Positions 49,039 to 58,951 of a stretch of 64,000 nucleotides of DNA are shown one piece after another. The notes under the pieces are model-generated. The model was not told where the DNA came from, did not search any database, and saw only the letters and a list, made by a program, of their open reading frames with translations. This stretch comes from a virus (taxonomy: Duplodnaviria; Caudoviricetes): the IMG/VR virus record IMGVR_UViG_3300009095_000011, positions 1-64,000 of that record. One strand, 5' to 3'. Position 1 is the first letter of the stretch. Each line of letters opens with the position of its first letter. The translations under genes and the position numbers were made by a program.

Positions 49039-51636
49039 TTATACTCCACAAGTTCCACCACCAGTAAGTTCACAAACATCATGAAATTCTTCTTTAAATT
49101 CCTCACCAACCTTATCAATAGCTTCATGATATGGTACAATTGTTAATGGCTGTCCACCTCTGGCAGAATCTGGATAACAAGTGAAACCTCTCAATCTGTG
49201 AGCATATTTAAGTAATGTATGAGCAAAATGATCAACAAGAGATTCATTGTTGTATTTAGATCCCCACTTGGGAAAATTAATTGTTGACGAAATACTCATA
49301 TCAACATAATCTTGCACATCAGCTTGAAATCTTATCCTTCTTTCATAATCTTTTGCAAGATCAATTGCACTTTCAATTTTGTCTGGATTAATTCCAAATT
49401 GATTAATTAATATTTCGGCAGTTCCATCAACTACATATTGATAATGCCAATCTTTATCGCTTTTTAGATATCTTCTTTTGTAAGCAACTGCAAAAATAGG
49501 TTCAATTCCAGTTGAAGTTCCTGACAAAATCCCAATGCTGCCAGTAGGTGCAATTGCCCTATACGCAGCAGGTCTTGATATGCTTAATTGATCACATAAT
49601 TCATTAGCTGCATTTTCTGATTCATCTTTATAGACTTGCAACCACTGCCTTAATTCATCATTCATTTCATAATTATAATCTCTTTTCAATAACCATTCAT
49701 GAACACCCATAAGGCCAAGTCCCAATCTTCTATTTTTCTTTCTTACCTCATAAACTTTATCATAAGGCAAATCAGCCTTTAAGGTTCCACACACAAGGAA
49801 TTTACTCATTAAACGAACAACCATTCTGAATGTCTCTATATCATCAATTCTGGACATATTAAGAGACGCAAGGTTACAAACATCGCTATCATCTTCACTC
49901 ACCACTTCTGTGCAAGCATTTCTTAGAGTTTGATTTACTTTTTCAAAGAAATTAAAGCTAAAACCAGGTTCACCAGTTTGACAAGCTTGTCTACAATTTG
50001 TAAGAAATGTTGGAGGAATATGTTTTATTTCTAATTGTTCGCCTGCTAAATACTTAGCTTTAATTTGATCAATTGGTAATTGATAAACTTGCTCAAGAAA
50101 ATCATTGTCATAATTAAGACTTATGTTTGTCATATCTAATGGAGCAGGGAAATTAAAATCTTTCTCTTTTAATGTACCGACATTAGTATTGGCTATCTTT
50201 TGAGAATGCCAATCTTTAGCTTTAAGAAATTCAGGTATATCTCCATGTTGCCAATTGAGAGAAGCATAAATAGCTGAACGCCTTGAGCCACCTTGCATTA
50301 CTTCTCTACCAATTTCATTAATAATCCTCATTGCACTGACTGCACCAGAAGCTACACCACCAGTTTTTGACAATTTACTGCCACGTGGCCTATAAACACT
50401 ATAATCAATCCCTATTCCTCCACCTGTCATAAGACAAGATTGTGCTCTCCAAGATAAATTAGCCCATTCTTCACGTGTATCGCTTTCAGCTTTTAACAAG
50501 AAACAATTAAATGTATCAATATTATTTTCAAGTATAAATCTATTATACACAGGTTCATAAGGACAATAAACATCCTCTTTTCCTAATGATCTGATAGAAT
50601 CAACCTTAAACCCCTCCCACCTTTCGCCATAATTATAATTAATAGTATAAATTCTAGAATGTTTTTTATATGCCGTCTCTCTATCCTGAAATCTTTTTTC
50701 TCCACTTATAACTAATCCAGCACATATAGCATTATCTATAAAATAATCTATATGAGATTCTGTTACAGAATTTATTTTTTTTCCTACTTTCTCGCAAGCA
50801 TCTGCTTTAATCCACCCTAATATAAATCCACTTATATAGTCAGTAGTTTCATTTTTACTTGGTAACTCTTTAAAATTTATATCATTCCAAATTCTAATAA
50901 CAGCATCTCCATTATAAGTTTTTGGAAACTTGATATTATATTCAATATTAAGTTCTTTTAAATAATCTTCTACTTTATTTAAATAAGACATATTCTTTTC
51001 TCCACATAAACGAATCTTATGTGTATATTTTTGATCTTTGTTTCTTATTCTTTCAAGATTTCCATCGCCAAATATTAAACCATGAATCCATCCCCTTTTA
51101 CTAAAATTAGAAAATTTTCCAGCAGGAACTACATCACCGATTCGCAAATCATAAGTATCTTTACCATTTATTAAAGGCCAATGATGAGTTCTTGTAGATT
51201 TTATTTTATAAGATATGTTGGAATTGCCCCTAATTGGTTTAAATATAATTTCTTGCACATCTTGTTTCCCATGATAAATTATCTCAGAAGGATAATATTT
51301 ACCATCAATAGGAGATTTTAACATTAAAGTTTTTCCTACATTAGATTTTAAATCTTTTAATCCAAAATCAGTTAAGACCTTAGTTTCTCCCGCAAAGCAA
51401 TTGTTAAAAAATTTATTTTCTCTACCAGCATAATATAAATATCTACCTCCCGCAATTGCTTGCATATCAGTATGAATTTGAATTAATTGTCGTATTTCAT
51501 CTTTAGTAAGCAAATCTCCACAAACATCATTTATTAGTGTTTTACTTAATTTATCCCACGTTTCACAATCTTTGTGTGCATATTTGTGATTAAAAATGTC
51601 TTCGGAGAATTTACTTCTGAAATATTTCTGACTCAT
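49039..51636 (-). CDS. nrdJ: Class II (B12-dependent) ribonucleotide reductase with intein
   Basis: GGRYL, GGGIG, GGSRRSA, NACTE, APTGS, GIEP, C-terminal Cys pair; no adjacent small subunit gene. Confidence 0.88.
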   Translation of the reverse strand: MSQKYFRSKFSEDIFNHKYAHKDCETWDKLSKTLINDVCGDLLTKDEIRQLIQIHTDMQAIAGGRYLYYAGRENKFFNNCFAGETKVLTDFGLKDLKSNVGKTLMLKSPIDGKYYPSEIIYHGKQDVQEIIFKPIRGNSNISYKIKSTRTHHWPLINGKDTYDLRIGDVVPAGKFSNFSKRGWIHGLIFGDGNLERIRNKDQKYTHKIRLCGEKNMSYLNKVEDYLKELNIEYNIKFPKTYNGDAVIRIWNDINFKELPSKNETTDYISGFILGWIKADACEKVGKKINSVTESHIDYFIDNAICAGLVISGEKRFQDRETAYKKHSRIYTINYNYGERWEGFKVDSIRSLGKEDVYCPYEPVYNRFILENNIDTFNCFLLKAESDTREEWANLSWRAQSCLMTGGGIGIDYSVYRPRGSKLSKTGGVASGAVSAMRIINEIGREVMQGGSRRSAIYASLNWQHGDIPEFLKAKDWHSQKIANTNVGTLKEKDFNFPAPLDMTNISLNYDNDFLEQVYQLPIDQIKAKYLAGEQLEIKHIPPTFLTNCRQACQTGEPGFSFNFFEKVNQTLRNACTEVVSEDDSDVCNLASLNMSRIDDIETFRMVVRLMSKFLVCGTLKADLPYDKVYEVRKKNRRLGLGLMGVHEWLLKRDYNYEMNDELRQWLQVYKDESENAANELCDQLSISRPAAYRAIAPTGSIGILSGTSTGIEPIFAVAYKRRYLKSDKDWHYQYVVDGTAEILINQFGINPDKIESAIDLAKDYERRIRFQADVQDYVDMSISSTINFPKWGSKYNNESLVDHFAHTLLKYAHRLRGFTCYPDSARGGQPLTIVPYHEAIDKVGEEFKEEFHDVCELTGGGTCGV
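50506..51399 (-). mobile_element. Intein (298 aa) with LAGLIDADG-type endonuclease in RNR
   Basis: NN|CFAGETKV ... TRTHHW ... GLIFGDG ... EDVYC ... DTFN|CFLL. Confidence 0.88.
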
Positions 51637-51888
51637 GAAAATTATTAGTTTATGATTGAATAATAAGTAAACGATTTATAAAACAAAAGGGCTTCAAATT
51701 TACACAAATCAAGCCCCTTCTGGAAATTATCAATGAAATAAAATTAAATTAAAATTGACGAATTATTTGGTTTTTACATCTTTGCGATAACCACATACTT
51801 TACAAATAATAATTGATTTATTACTATCTAATATGTGTGGAGTTTCAGTCTTGCATTTGTTGCAGTATTGATAGTGGCGTGGGGTCAT

Positions 51889-52539
51889 TTAAGTTATATT
51901 ATCATCAGTTGCTTCCCATGTCATTGAAAATTCTTTATCCTTAAACATCTCTAATAAACTTGATATTTGAGATAATCTTAACACTTCATCTGCATCCATG
52001 CCTAATTCTTTAGATATTTTATTAGTAGTCCAATTTCTTCTTTTTAAATCCATTACTATTTTTGACATAAGATCAACATTATGTTTTCCACGTGCTCTAT
52101 TATGTCTAATGGTTGAGGCTATCCTATCATTAATTCCTTCACGGTTTTTATTAATAGTTACAACGGGTAAATATCCCCTTATTCTGTTTCTTATATTGGA
52201 AGATTCTTTACCTATTTTATTACGATGAAATCCATCTATAACCTCCCTGTTACCATTTTCTTCAAGCATTGAAACAATAGGCTGAGTATAACCATCACAT
52301 TCAATAGAGTGTTCTAAAAGTTTAAATTCAGGTATTGCAACATTATTGGGATTATAACTATTGGCATGAATTTTATCACCCTTAATCCACAATACACAAT
52401 CCACAGGTTCATTTTCAAATGGAGAAATGGAATGCAGAAAAGACTTAATATTATTGAGTTGATTTACTTTTTCTTCAAATTCTAATTTCTCTAAATTTTC
52501 CCAAAGTTCAAAAAGTAATGATTCAATTTTTTCTTGCAT
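51889..52539 (-). CDS. IbrB-like ParB/Srx protein
   Basis: ANSYNPN, DGYTQPIV, VIDGFHR, ASTIRHNRARGKH, ELGMDADEVLRL. Confidence 0.85.
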   Translation of the reverse strand: MQEKIESLLFELWENLEKLEFEEKVNQLNNIKSFLHSISPFENEPVDCVLWIKGDKIHANSYNPNNVAIPEFKLLEHSIECDGYTQPIVSMLEENGNREVIDGFHRNKIGKESSNIRNRIRGYLPVVTINKNREGINDRIASTIRHNRARGKHNVDLMSKIVMDLKRRNWTTNKISKELGMDADEVLRLSQISSLLEMFKDKEFSMTWEATDDNIT

Positions 52540-53107
52540 TTTTATTATATATAAATTTATATCCGTAAACTTGTTTTAATTTTCCATTGCAAACCAAACT
52601 AATATTGCCCTTATCGGCATTTTTATATTTAGTATTTTCTTTAATAAAAAATTCTGCTTCTTTAAGTGTTTCCCTTTGACAAATAAAATTATTATCTATA
52701 TCGAAAATATCTACATATCCACGCCAACAACTATTTTTATTTCCAACTCTTAATTTAGCTTTGTTACTTAATTTATTCCTTGTGTTATCATTAGATAATC
52801 CAATTTCCCATGCATGCTGAACATTTTCACTATTATTAACCCATTCTAAATTATCAATATGGTTGTTTTTTTTATTTCCATCTTTATGATTTACTATAGG
52901 TTTATTTTCTGGATTTGGAATAAAAGCTAAAGCAACGAGGCGATGGATATATAAATCTTTAAATGTAGTACAATAACCATTTTTAATTTGGTATTTTAAA
53001 ATCCTAATTCCTTTATTAAAGCTCTTAATTCTACCTAAATTAGAAACCTGATATTTTTCATATCCAGGAATGTCTTTCCATATTTCATTGCTCATTTTTA
53101 AGTCCAT
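52523..53107 (-). CDS. NUMOD4-HNH homing endonuclease
   Basis: EIWKDIPGYEKYQVSNLGRIKS, HRLVALAF, VNHKDGNKKNN..DNLEWV...EN. Confidence 0.9.
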   Translation of the reverse strand: MDLKMSNEIWKDIPGYEKYQVSNLGRIKSFNKGIRILKYQIKNGYCTTFKDLYIHRLVALAFIPNPENKPIVNHKDGNKKNNHIDNLEWVNNSENVQHAWEIGLSNDNTRNKLSNKAKLRVGNKNSCWRGYVDIFDIDNNFICQRETLKEAEFFIKENTKYKNADKGNISLVCNGKLKQVYGYKFIYNKNARKN

Positions 53108-53663
53108 AAGAATCTTTATCTATAGTCCAACTATTCATATATTGATGTTTTCTGAATGTATGAGCAATTCCAAGCTGTTGTTTGAGACGAATATATTCTT
53201 CTGTTTCCATACCGAGATTGCCTATGATTTCTTCATCCTCAAGTCCAAGATCATGTAACTTAACAACTAATTCACTCATTAATTCAACTTGATGCATACC
53301 TTTAATTCTATTCATAAGGACAGTTAATTGTACTGCATCTTCATGAGTCAACTGTAAATCAACTATGCAAGCTTTTTTTGACCCTATTCTTTTAAGAGTT
53401 TCAAATCTATGATAACCATCAATGATTCTATACATAGGCCTACCAACCTCTTCGCTTTTAGCTTTATTGTAAGTTGCAATTATAGGAAACAAGAAACCAT
53501 ATTTTTGAATACAATCTGCTAACAAGCTCATTTCAGTATCTGGCATTCGATTTGGATTGTAATCATTGGCAAATAATTGATCAATATTAACTTCAATTGC
53601 CTCAGTGGCTTTCATTTTTATTTCTTTCATATTATAGAGTTTTGTATTTACTGATTCTTTCAT
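53085..53663 (-). CDS. Second IbrB-like ParB/Srx protein
   Basis: ANDYNPN, YGFLFPI, IIDGYHR, MNRIKGMH, LGMETEE..RL. Confidence 0.8.
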   Translation of the reverse strand: MKESVNTKLYNMKEIKMKATEAIEVNIDQLFANDYNPNRMPDTEMSLLADCIQKYGFLFPIIATYNKAKSEEVGRPMYRIIDGYHRFETLKRIGSKKACIVDLQLTHEDAVQLTVLMNRIKGMHQVELMSELVVKLHDLGLEDEEIIGNLGMETEEYIRLKQQLGIAHTFRKHQYMNSWTIDKDSYGLKNEQ

Positions 53664-54603
53664 GAATGATATCTATATTTTCCTTTTCTTTTTCAATTAA
53701 AATATATGGTCTATTGATTTCCTCACAAGCAATACCAGTTGTTCCACTCCCTGCGTAAGGATCTAAAACTATCCCACCCTGTGGCATTTTAGTTAAGGTA
53801 CAAAGATACTTAATTAAAGCCAAAGGCTTAACAGTATCATGAGTATTGTTTAATCCTTTTTCTTCTTTCGTAGGTTTAGCACAATAGAAGAAATTAGAAG
53901 CTCCAAATTTTTGATTTTCTAATTCATCTTTAATCTCTTCATTAATAATAACATTAGCAGGCCAACGACCTTCTTTTGTTCTTTTAATACCAAAATGTTT
54001 CCCGTCAGTATTAATTCTTGCTCCATCAATCCAATATCCAGAAACTCCCCAATTTAAAGCATTATCATCATAATTGCCCTCAATTGGTTTTCTACATACA
54101 AGAATAGGTTCAAATGAAGGCTTTAATGCAGTTCCCCAACCATTCCATTCCTCAGCTTCATTTGAATTAGGCTTATTTATTTTGATAACTTTTTGTTCAT
54201 TATGTTTGCCACCCATTGGATTTTTATTTACTATTAATTCTTGCTGTATATCTCCAAGTCTATTTCGATTCTTATCAATGACATAAGCAATATCAACACT
54301 TTTGGGGAAACCACTACCATAAAGCCACATAATTGTATCCATTATATGAAATCCTGCTTCCTCTATGTTTACAGCAAGTCTATGAAACGTTCTACTGCCA
54401 CCAAAACAAAGCATCGTTCCTCCTGGCTTTAATACCCTAAACATTTTTTGAAAAGCTTCTATTGATGGGATTGAATAATCCCATTTATTACCTTTAAATT
54501 TTAAACCATAAGGTGGGTCAGTAATAATAGTAGTGATAAAATTATCTTCCATTTTATCAAGTACATTTTCACAACTATCGTGTATTATATTATTTGCATC
54601 CAT
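53632..54603 (-). CDS. DNA amino-methyltransferase (beta class, DPPY)
   Basis: TDPPY, WLYGSGFPKS, HDTVKP, LDPYAGSGTT. Confidence 0.9.
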   Translation of the reverse strand: MDANNIIHDSCENVLDKMEDNFITTIITDPPYGLKFKGNKWDYSIPSIEAFQKMFRVLKPGGTMLCFGGSRTFHRLAVNIEEAGFHIMDTIMWLYGSGFPKSVDIAYVIDKNRNRLGDIQQELIVNKNPMGGKHNEQKVIKINKPNSNEAEEWNGWGTALKPSFEPILVCRKPIEGNYDDNALNWGVSGYWIDGARINTDGKHFGIKRTKEGRWPANVIINEEIKDELENQKFGASNFFYCAKPTKEEKGLNNTHDTVKPLALIKYLCTLTKMPQGGIVLDPYAGSGTTGIACEEINRPYILIEKEKENIDIIHERISKYKTL

Positions 54604-55661
54604 TTTTCTCTCAATTTCTCTAATTGTTCATCTCTTTTGGTGTTAAAAGCTTTACTATTCTCATAGTCATTTATTAATAACTGCCCTACTTGAGCTTGAT
54701 AAACCTCTTCTTTTTTTGGTTGTTTGCTAAATCTTGCCTTAAATTTCTCTCTATGTTGATTTTCTGGAATATTTTCTAATAAGAAATCTCTATACTCCTC
54801 CCAACTCTTATAATGAGTTGGGAGTATTTTATTAGAAAAAATAAGTTTCTCAGTTCCATATCTCATAGCGGTTGAAATACCGCCTATTCGCTTACAAAGC
54901 TTATCGTATGTTTCGGGTTCATATTTGGGTAAAGTAATTAATGATTTCCATGCTTTCTCATGAATAAGATTAGAAACCCTCATTTTATTATAAATAGAAA
55001 CATTATCCATAAATTGAAGATCATATATTTTATTATATGGTATATTATAATCATAAATATATTTCCATACATCATATACAGTCCAGTCGTAAATCGGATA
55101 AAATTTCTTTATTCCATTTTGTACAGTACTCCATCTGATATTTTCCCAACCAACATATTTAGTAACTGCCCTAAACCTTATTACACCTTCTTCTGCCCTT
55201 ATCCCAACAAGATAAATAGCATCTTTATCTTTCCCCTCAAGGTAAGGGAATATTTCATAAAATCTTCTTGGATATTCTTCATCTATTGAATGTATTGAAT
55301 TAGGTTCTTTATCTCTCATCCATTGCTCACCCTCCCCCCATGCATAAAGAAAATAATCCGAATAACTTGTGGCATTAGTCATATAAACAGGAACCTGATA
55401 CCATAAGGGAATTACATTAGGGTGCTTCATTTGTTCCCTTATAATTTCTATTGATGCTGCATATTCTGCCTCCTGATCAAGGAAAAAAACATGTATTTTT
55501 CGATTTCTTTTGATTGCTTCTTGAAGTGCTAAATGATAAAGTACTGTACTATCTTTACCACTTGATATTGATACATGAATAGTTTCAAAAGTATCGAAAA
55601 GAAAAGACATCCTTTCTCTTGCAGCTTCAAGAACATTTTTATCTGGATTATATATTTTCAT
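54585..55661 (-). CDS. IbrA-like PAPS-reductase/DUF3440 protein
   Basis: PP-loop SISSGKDS, DQEAEY, VGIRAEE, YPIYDW. Confidence 0.85.
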   Translation of the reverse strand: MKIYNPDKNVLEAARERMSFLFDTFETIHVSISSGKDSTVLYHLALQEAIKRNRKIHVFFLDQEAEYAASIEIIREQMKHPNVIPLWYQVPVYMTNATSYSDYFLYAWGEGEQWMRDKEPNSIHSIDEEYPRRFYEIFPYLEGKDKDAIYLVGIRAEEGVIRFRAVTKYVGWENIRWSTVQNGIKKFYPIYDWTVYDVWKYIYDYNIPYNKIYDLQFMDNVSIYNKMRVSNLIHEKAWKSLITLPKYEPETYDKLCKRIGGISTAMRYGTEKLIFSNKILPTHYKSWEEYRDFLLENIPENQHREKFKARFSKQPKKEEVYQAQVGQLLINDYENSKAFNTKRDEQLEKLREKWMQII

Positions 55662-56421
55662 TCTTTGTAACTTGAATAATTTTATTAAATGTATTTAGCC
55701 TTCTTATATTTTCTTCATGAAGAAATTTATAAACTCCCAATTCTGGCAATAAGTAAACTTCATTTTCTTTATAAGAATCTATTGAATAATTAATACCAAA
55801 CTTATTATTACACATCTTTAATAAATTATTAATCCAAAGCTTAGGGGAAGTATATTTATTAAAAACAAATTCTTTAGCTTCATCATACCATTGCAAATCA
55901 ACATCATTAAGATCATAAAAATCTGCCTTGTATGAAAGCATATCTATATCGGAATATGTATCTGTAATACAAAATCCAATATTGTCAGAATCTAAACGAC
56001 AATTATTTTTGTCCCTAAGAAACCAATGTTTCCATTCTGTTTCAATAGTATAACTATAAGGAATAGCAAATTTACCAGTGCCACAAAGTCCATAATGAAA
56101 CCAAAAACGCCAAGGTTCCCCAATAAATGGTAAATGATCTATGCTCATTTTAGGAATATCCCTTGTTATAGTAAAAAGATGCTCAAGCACAAAATCAGTT
56201 CTATTACTTGGGGTCATAATTTTATTTAGACCAAAAAATATTAACAAATTAGCATGTATATTGTGATAAATGGTTTTGTATTCTTGGAATTCTATATTGC
56301 CCCTTATTCCTGGTATATCTGGTATATCATATCCTTCTTTGTAAATTACCCATGTATCTTCTGGTAATTCCGGTAATTTTACAGTTTTTAAATCTTTAAG
56401 AAATTGTATTTTAGGAATCAT
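55648..56421 (-). CDS. Hypothetical protein in the modification locus
   Basis: 257-aa ORF overlapping both neighbours. Confidence 0.55.
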   Translation of the reverse strand: MIPKIQFLKDLKTVKLPELPEDTWVIYKEGYDIPDIPGIRGNIEFQEYKTIYHNIHANLLIFFGLNKIMTPSNRTDFVLEHLFTITRDIPKMSIDHLPFIGEPWRFWFHYGLCGTGKFAIPYSYTIETEWKHWFLRDKNNCRLDSDNIGFCITDTYSDIDMLSYKADFYDLNDVDLQWYDEAKEFVFNKYTSPKLWINNLLKMCNNKFGINYSIDSYKENEVYLLPELGVYKFLHEENIRRLNTFNKIIQVTKNENI

Positions 56422-56974
56422 AACCCATATATTTTTTAGCTATGTAATATACACACTTTTTATTTAAATCAGAACATATAAAATTTTTAAATTTAGAAGC
56501 CACATTGCCATATCCACAATTAAAATCCAATACTGTATTAAATTTTTCAGAAAGCTTATCTATTGCTTCCCAATTATCTTTAAATTCAACCTTATCATGA
56601 TTCCATATAGCCAACAAAGAAGAGTATCCGTGTAATTGTATTTCAGTAATATAATCTGGATTTAATTTATTAATGGCATGTTTGCCTGTAATGATAAAAG
56701 TGGGTTTTTTTAATTCATTTATTATTCTCTGAATAGAGAACAAATATAAATTAAAATCATCATTTTTACAATCCGTACGATCAATAAAAGTTTTATATCC
56801 ACTTCTCCATGCTGGCTCAGAATAAATCACATCAGCTTCATAAAACAATGGCAAAACGCCATCTATTAAATTATGAGCTATGACATGAGAATTATTATAT
56901 TTATAATAATCTAATTCTTTTAAATTTTGAATTTCATCCGTAAGTGCAGAATGATAATTTTTAGATACTTTCAT
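56411..56974 (-). CDS. Divergent methyltransferase-like protein
   Basis: DVIYSEPAW (DPPW-like) and VLDFNCGYG (SAM-motif-like). Confidence 0.55.
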   Translation of the reverse strand: MKVSKNYHSALTDEIQNLKELDYYKYNNSHVIAHNLIDGVLPLFYEADVIYSEPAWRSGYKTFIDRTDCKNDDFNLYLFSIQRIINELKKPTFIITGKHAINKLNPDYITEIQLHGYSSLLAIWNHDKVEFKDNWEAIDKLSEKFNTVLDFNCGYGNVASKFKNFICSDLNKKCVYYIAKKYMGYDS

Positions 56975-58154
56975 GGTTTTTGTTTTTTCTCATTTTTAAT
57001 ACTAATCCATACATTTCAGTTTTAGGTTGTGATTTACCCAATCCCTTCATGTAATAATCATTTTTTAAAATACATTTAGTAATTAATCTCCAACTTGGAA
57101 CCTTACCAGTTTTTTCAAGACAGCCTGGAACTTCATCCGGTATTCCTTTTGGATACCCTCTATCTTTCCATAATTTAACATAAGAATCAATTATATTATT
57201 GTAATGATTTTTGGTTTTATCAGGAATTGAATTTAATAATAAATTGGAAATTTCCCGCCATGTTGTATTTTTAGGCTTTTGTATATTATTATAATTATTT
57301 TCCTTTATATATAAAGCTCCGCTATTAACTCCACTAACTCTATTTACAACCTTTGACCAAGTTTCCGGTTCTACAATATGAAATAACCATAATCCTATTT
57401 TTTGCTCATCACCATAGGGCTGACATATTCTTTGATGCCTTAATGGAACACCTGCCTTATGCATTAATTCATACAATTCATTATATTTCTTTTCTGGATT
57501 ATTACAATGATAAATCCAAATATCTTCTGTTTCCCAATCATAAATCGGATAAACATTAAATAAATTTTCTGAAATTTGAGTAGTAAATAAGTTTGAATCT
57601 AATGTTTTTTTATTGAGATTATAAATAGCCCTAAACCTATTTAAACTCTCATTTGTTCTAATTCCAACTAAACAGGCAGTTTTTTTATTATCAGAATACC
57701 ATTTCCCAAATTCAAACATAAATTCTTCAAACTCCATTCCTTTATTGAAAAAGGAAAAATAATTTTCATCACTTATAGATTTTTCTGGCAAATCCCTAAC
57801 CCAATCATTTTTTCGATCTTTATCCCAACATATCCATGAAGGTTCATATACACTAACGGCATTTCTTAATTTTAATGGAAGAGCAATCCAATATAAATCT
57901 ATATAATCTCTGTATTCTTCAATACAATTTTTTAAATGATCTATAGTTAATTTATATTGAGCTTCTAAATCTATTACTAATACACCTATTTTTTTATTTC
58001 TTCTTTTTGCTTCATCCATAGCGAGATGAAGCATTACTGTTGAATCTTTGCCAGCACTAAAACATAAATAAATTTTATCAAATGAATCAAAAGTCCATTT
58101 TATTCTTTGCTTCGCAGCTTCATAAACATTAATATCTAATCTATATTTAGGCAT
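56961..58154 (-). CDS. Second IbrA-like PAPS-reductase/DUF3440 protein
   Basis: CFSAGKDS, DLEAQY, VGIRTNES, YPIYDW, QRICQPYG, PSWR...CILKNDY. Confidence 0.88.
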   Translation of the reverse strand: MPKYRLDINVYEAAKQRIKWTFDSFDKIYLCFSAGKDSTVMLHLAMDEAKRRNKKIGVLVIDLEAQYKLTIDHLKNCIEEYRDYIDLYWIALPLKLRNAVSVYEPSWICWDKDRKNDWVRDLPEKSISDENYFSFFNKGMEFEEFMFEFGKWYSDNKKTACLVGIRTNESLNRFRAIYNLNKKTLDSNLFTTQISENLFNVYPIYDWETEDIWIYHCNNPEKKYNELYELMHKAGVPLRHQRICQPYGDEQKIGLWLFHIVEPETWSKVVNRVSGVNSGALYIKENNYNNIQKPKNTTWREISNLLLNSIPDKTKNHYNNIIDSYVKLWKDRGYPKGIPDEVPGCLEKTGKVPSWRLITKCILKNDYYMKGLGKSQPKTEMYGLVLKMRKNKNHESI

Positions 58155-58525
58155 ATTAAATCTTTATTATGCAATTCCCATTTATAAATTAATTCTTGTG
58201 CTATTTTATCAGATCTGTCTTGGACTTCTTTAGAAAGTAAATTCCAAGCTTCCATTGTTATTACATGAGGTATTTTTTGATAAGCCGCACATGCTGCCTG
58301 ACCCAACCACGCTATTCTATTAAGACTTGTATTTGATAAATTATGCTCACAAGAATATTTCCAGTTCTCAACAACAAAAGACATCATTTCTTTTGTTAAA
58401 TGTTCGTTATTGAACATTTTAATTGAATACTGTATTTTTTGTTCTTTTTTTATTCCAGAACAATTGCCATAAAAATTATTATGAAAATCTTCCCAAAGAT
58501 GGTAGGGGTGCCAAATTCTTTTCAT
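58136..58525 (-). CDS. Conserved hypothetical protein
   Basis: HPYHLWED, WKYSCEHNL, NRIAWLGQAA; overlaps the IbrA-like gene. Confidence 0.6.
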   Translation of the reverse strand: MKRIWHPYHLWEDFHNNFYGNCSGIKKEQKIQYSIKMFNNEHLTKEMMSFVVENWKYSCEHNLSNTSLNRIAWLGQAACAAYQKIPHVITMEAWNLLSKEVQDRSDKIAQELIYKWELHNKDLICLNID

Positions 58526-58947
58526 TATTTACCAGTTGATCCAAATCCATTTTCTCCACGTTCTGATTCATTAAGCTCTTTTACCTCAATAAATTCAATA
58601 ACATTAACATTTTCAACATGAATTTGACCTATACGATCGCCTACTTTATAATTTGGCAAAGATGGGATTATATTATAGAAATGAAATAAATATTCTCCTG
58701 TATATCCATAATCTCCCGTTGCTGTTGAATTAGATAAAATAAGTCCTGTTTTATAAATTGATGATCGAGGTCTTAAATCTAATCTTGTTCCCTCTGGTAT
58801 CTCAAAAGACAATCCTATTCCATATCTTATAATTCCATTGCCCAAATCATCCATTGAAGTAGCATATACATCAAAACATGCATCTGTTGGATATTTTTGA
58901 TAAGGTTCTTTGGCTAATGGGTGTAGCTTTTTAAATTTTACTTTCAT
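58525..58947 (-). CDS. dut: dUTPase
   Basis: PRSS, DYGYTGE, GDRIGQ, RGENGFGSTG. Confidence 0.93.
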   Translation of the reverse strand: MKVKFKKLHPLAKEPYQKYPTDACFDVYATSMDDLGNGIIRYGIGLSFEIPEGTRLDLRPRSSIYKTGLILSNSTATGDYGYTGEYLFHFYNIIPSLPNYKVGDRIGQIHVENVNVIEFIEVKELNESERGENGFGSTGK

Positions 58948-58951
58948 GGGT

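Noticed and set aside
52523-53107. HNH gene as part of an intron splitting a single ParB gene
   Set aside because: Both flanking ParB-like ORFs are complete, each with its own NPN and DGxHR motifs, so the HNH gene is free-standing.
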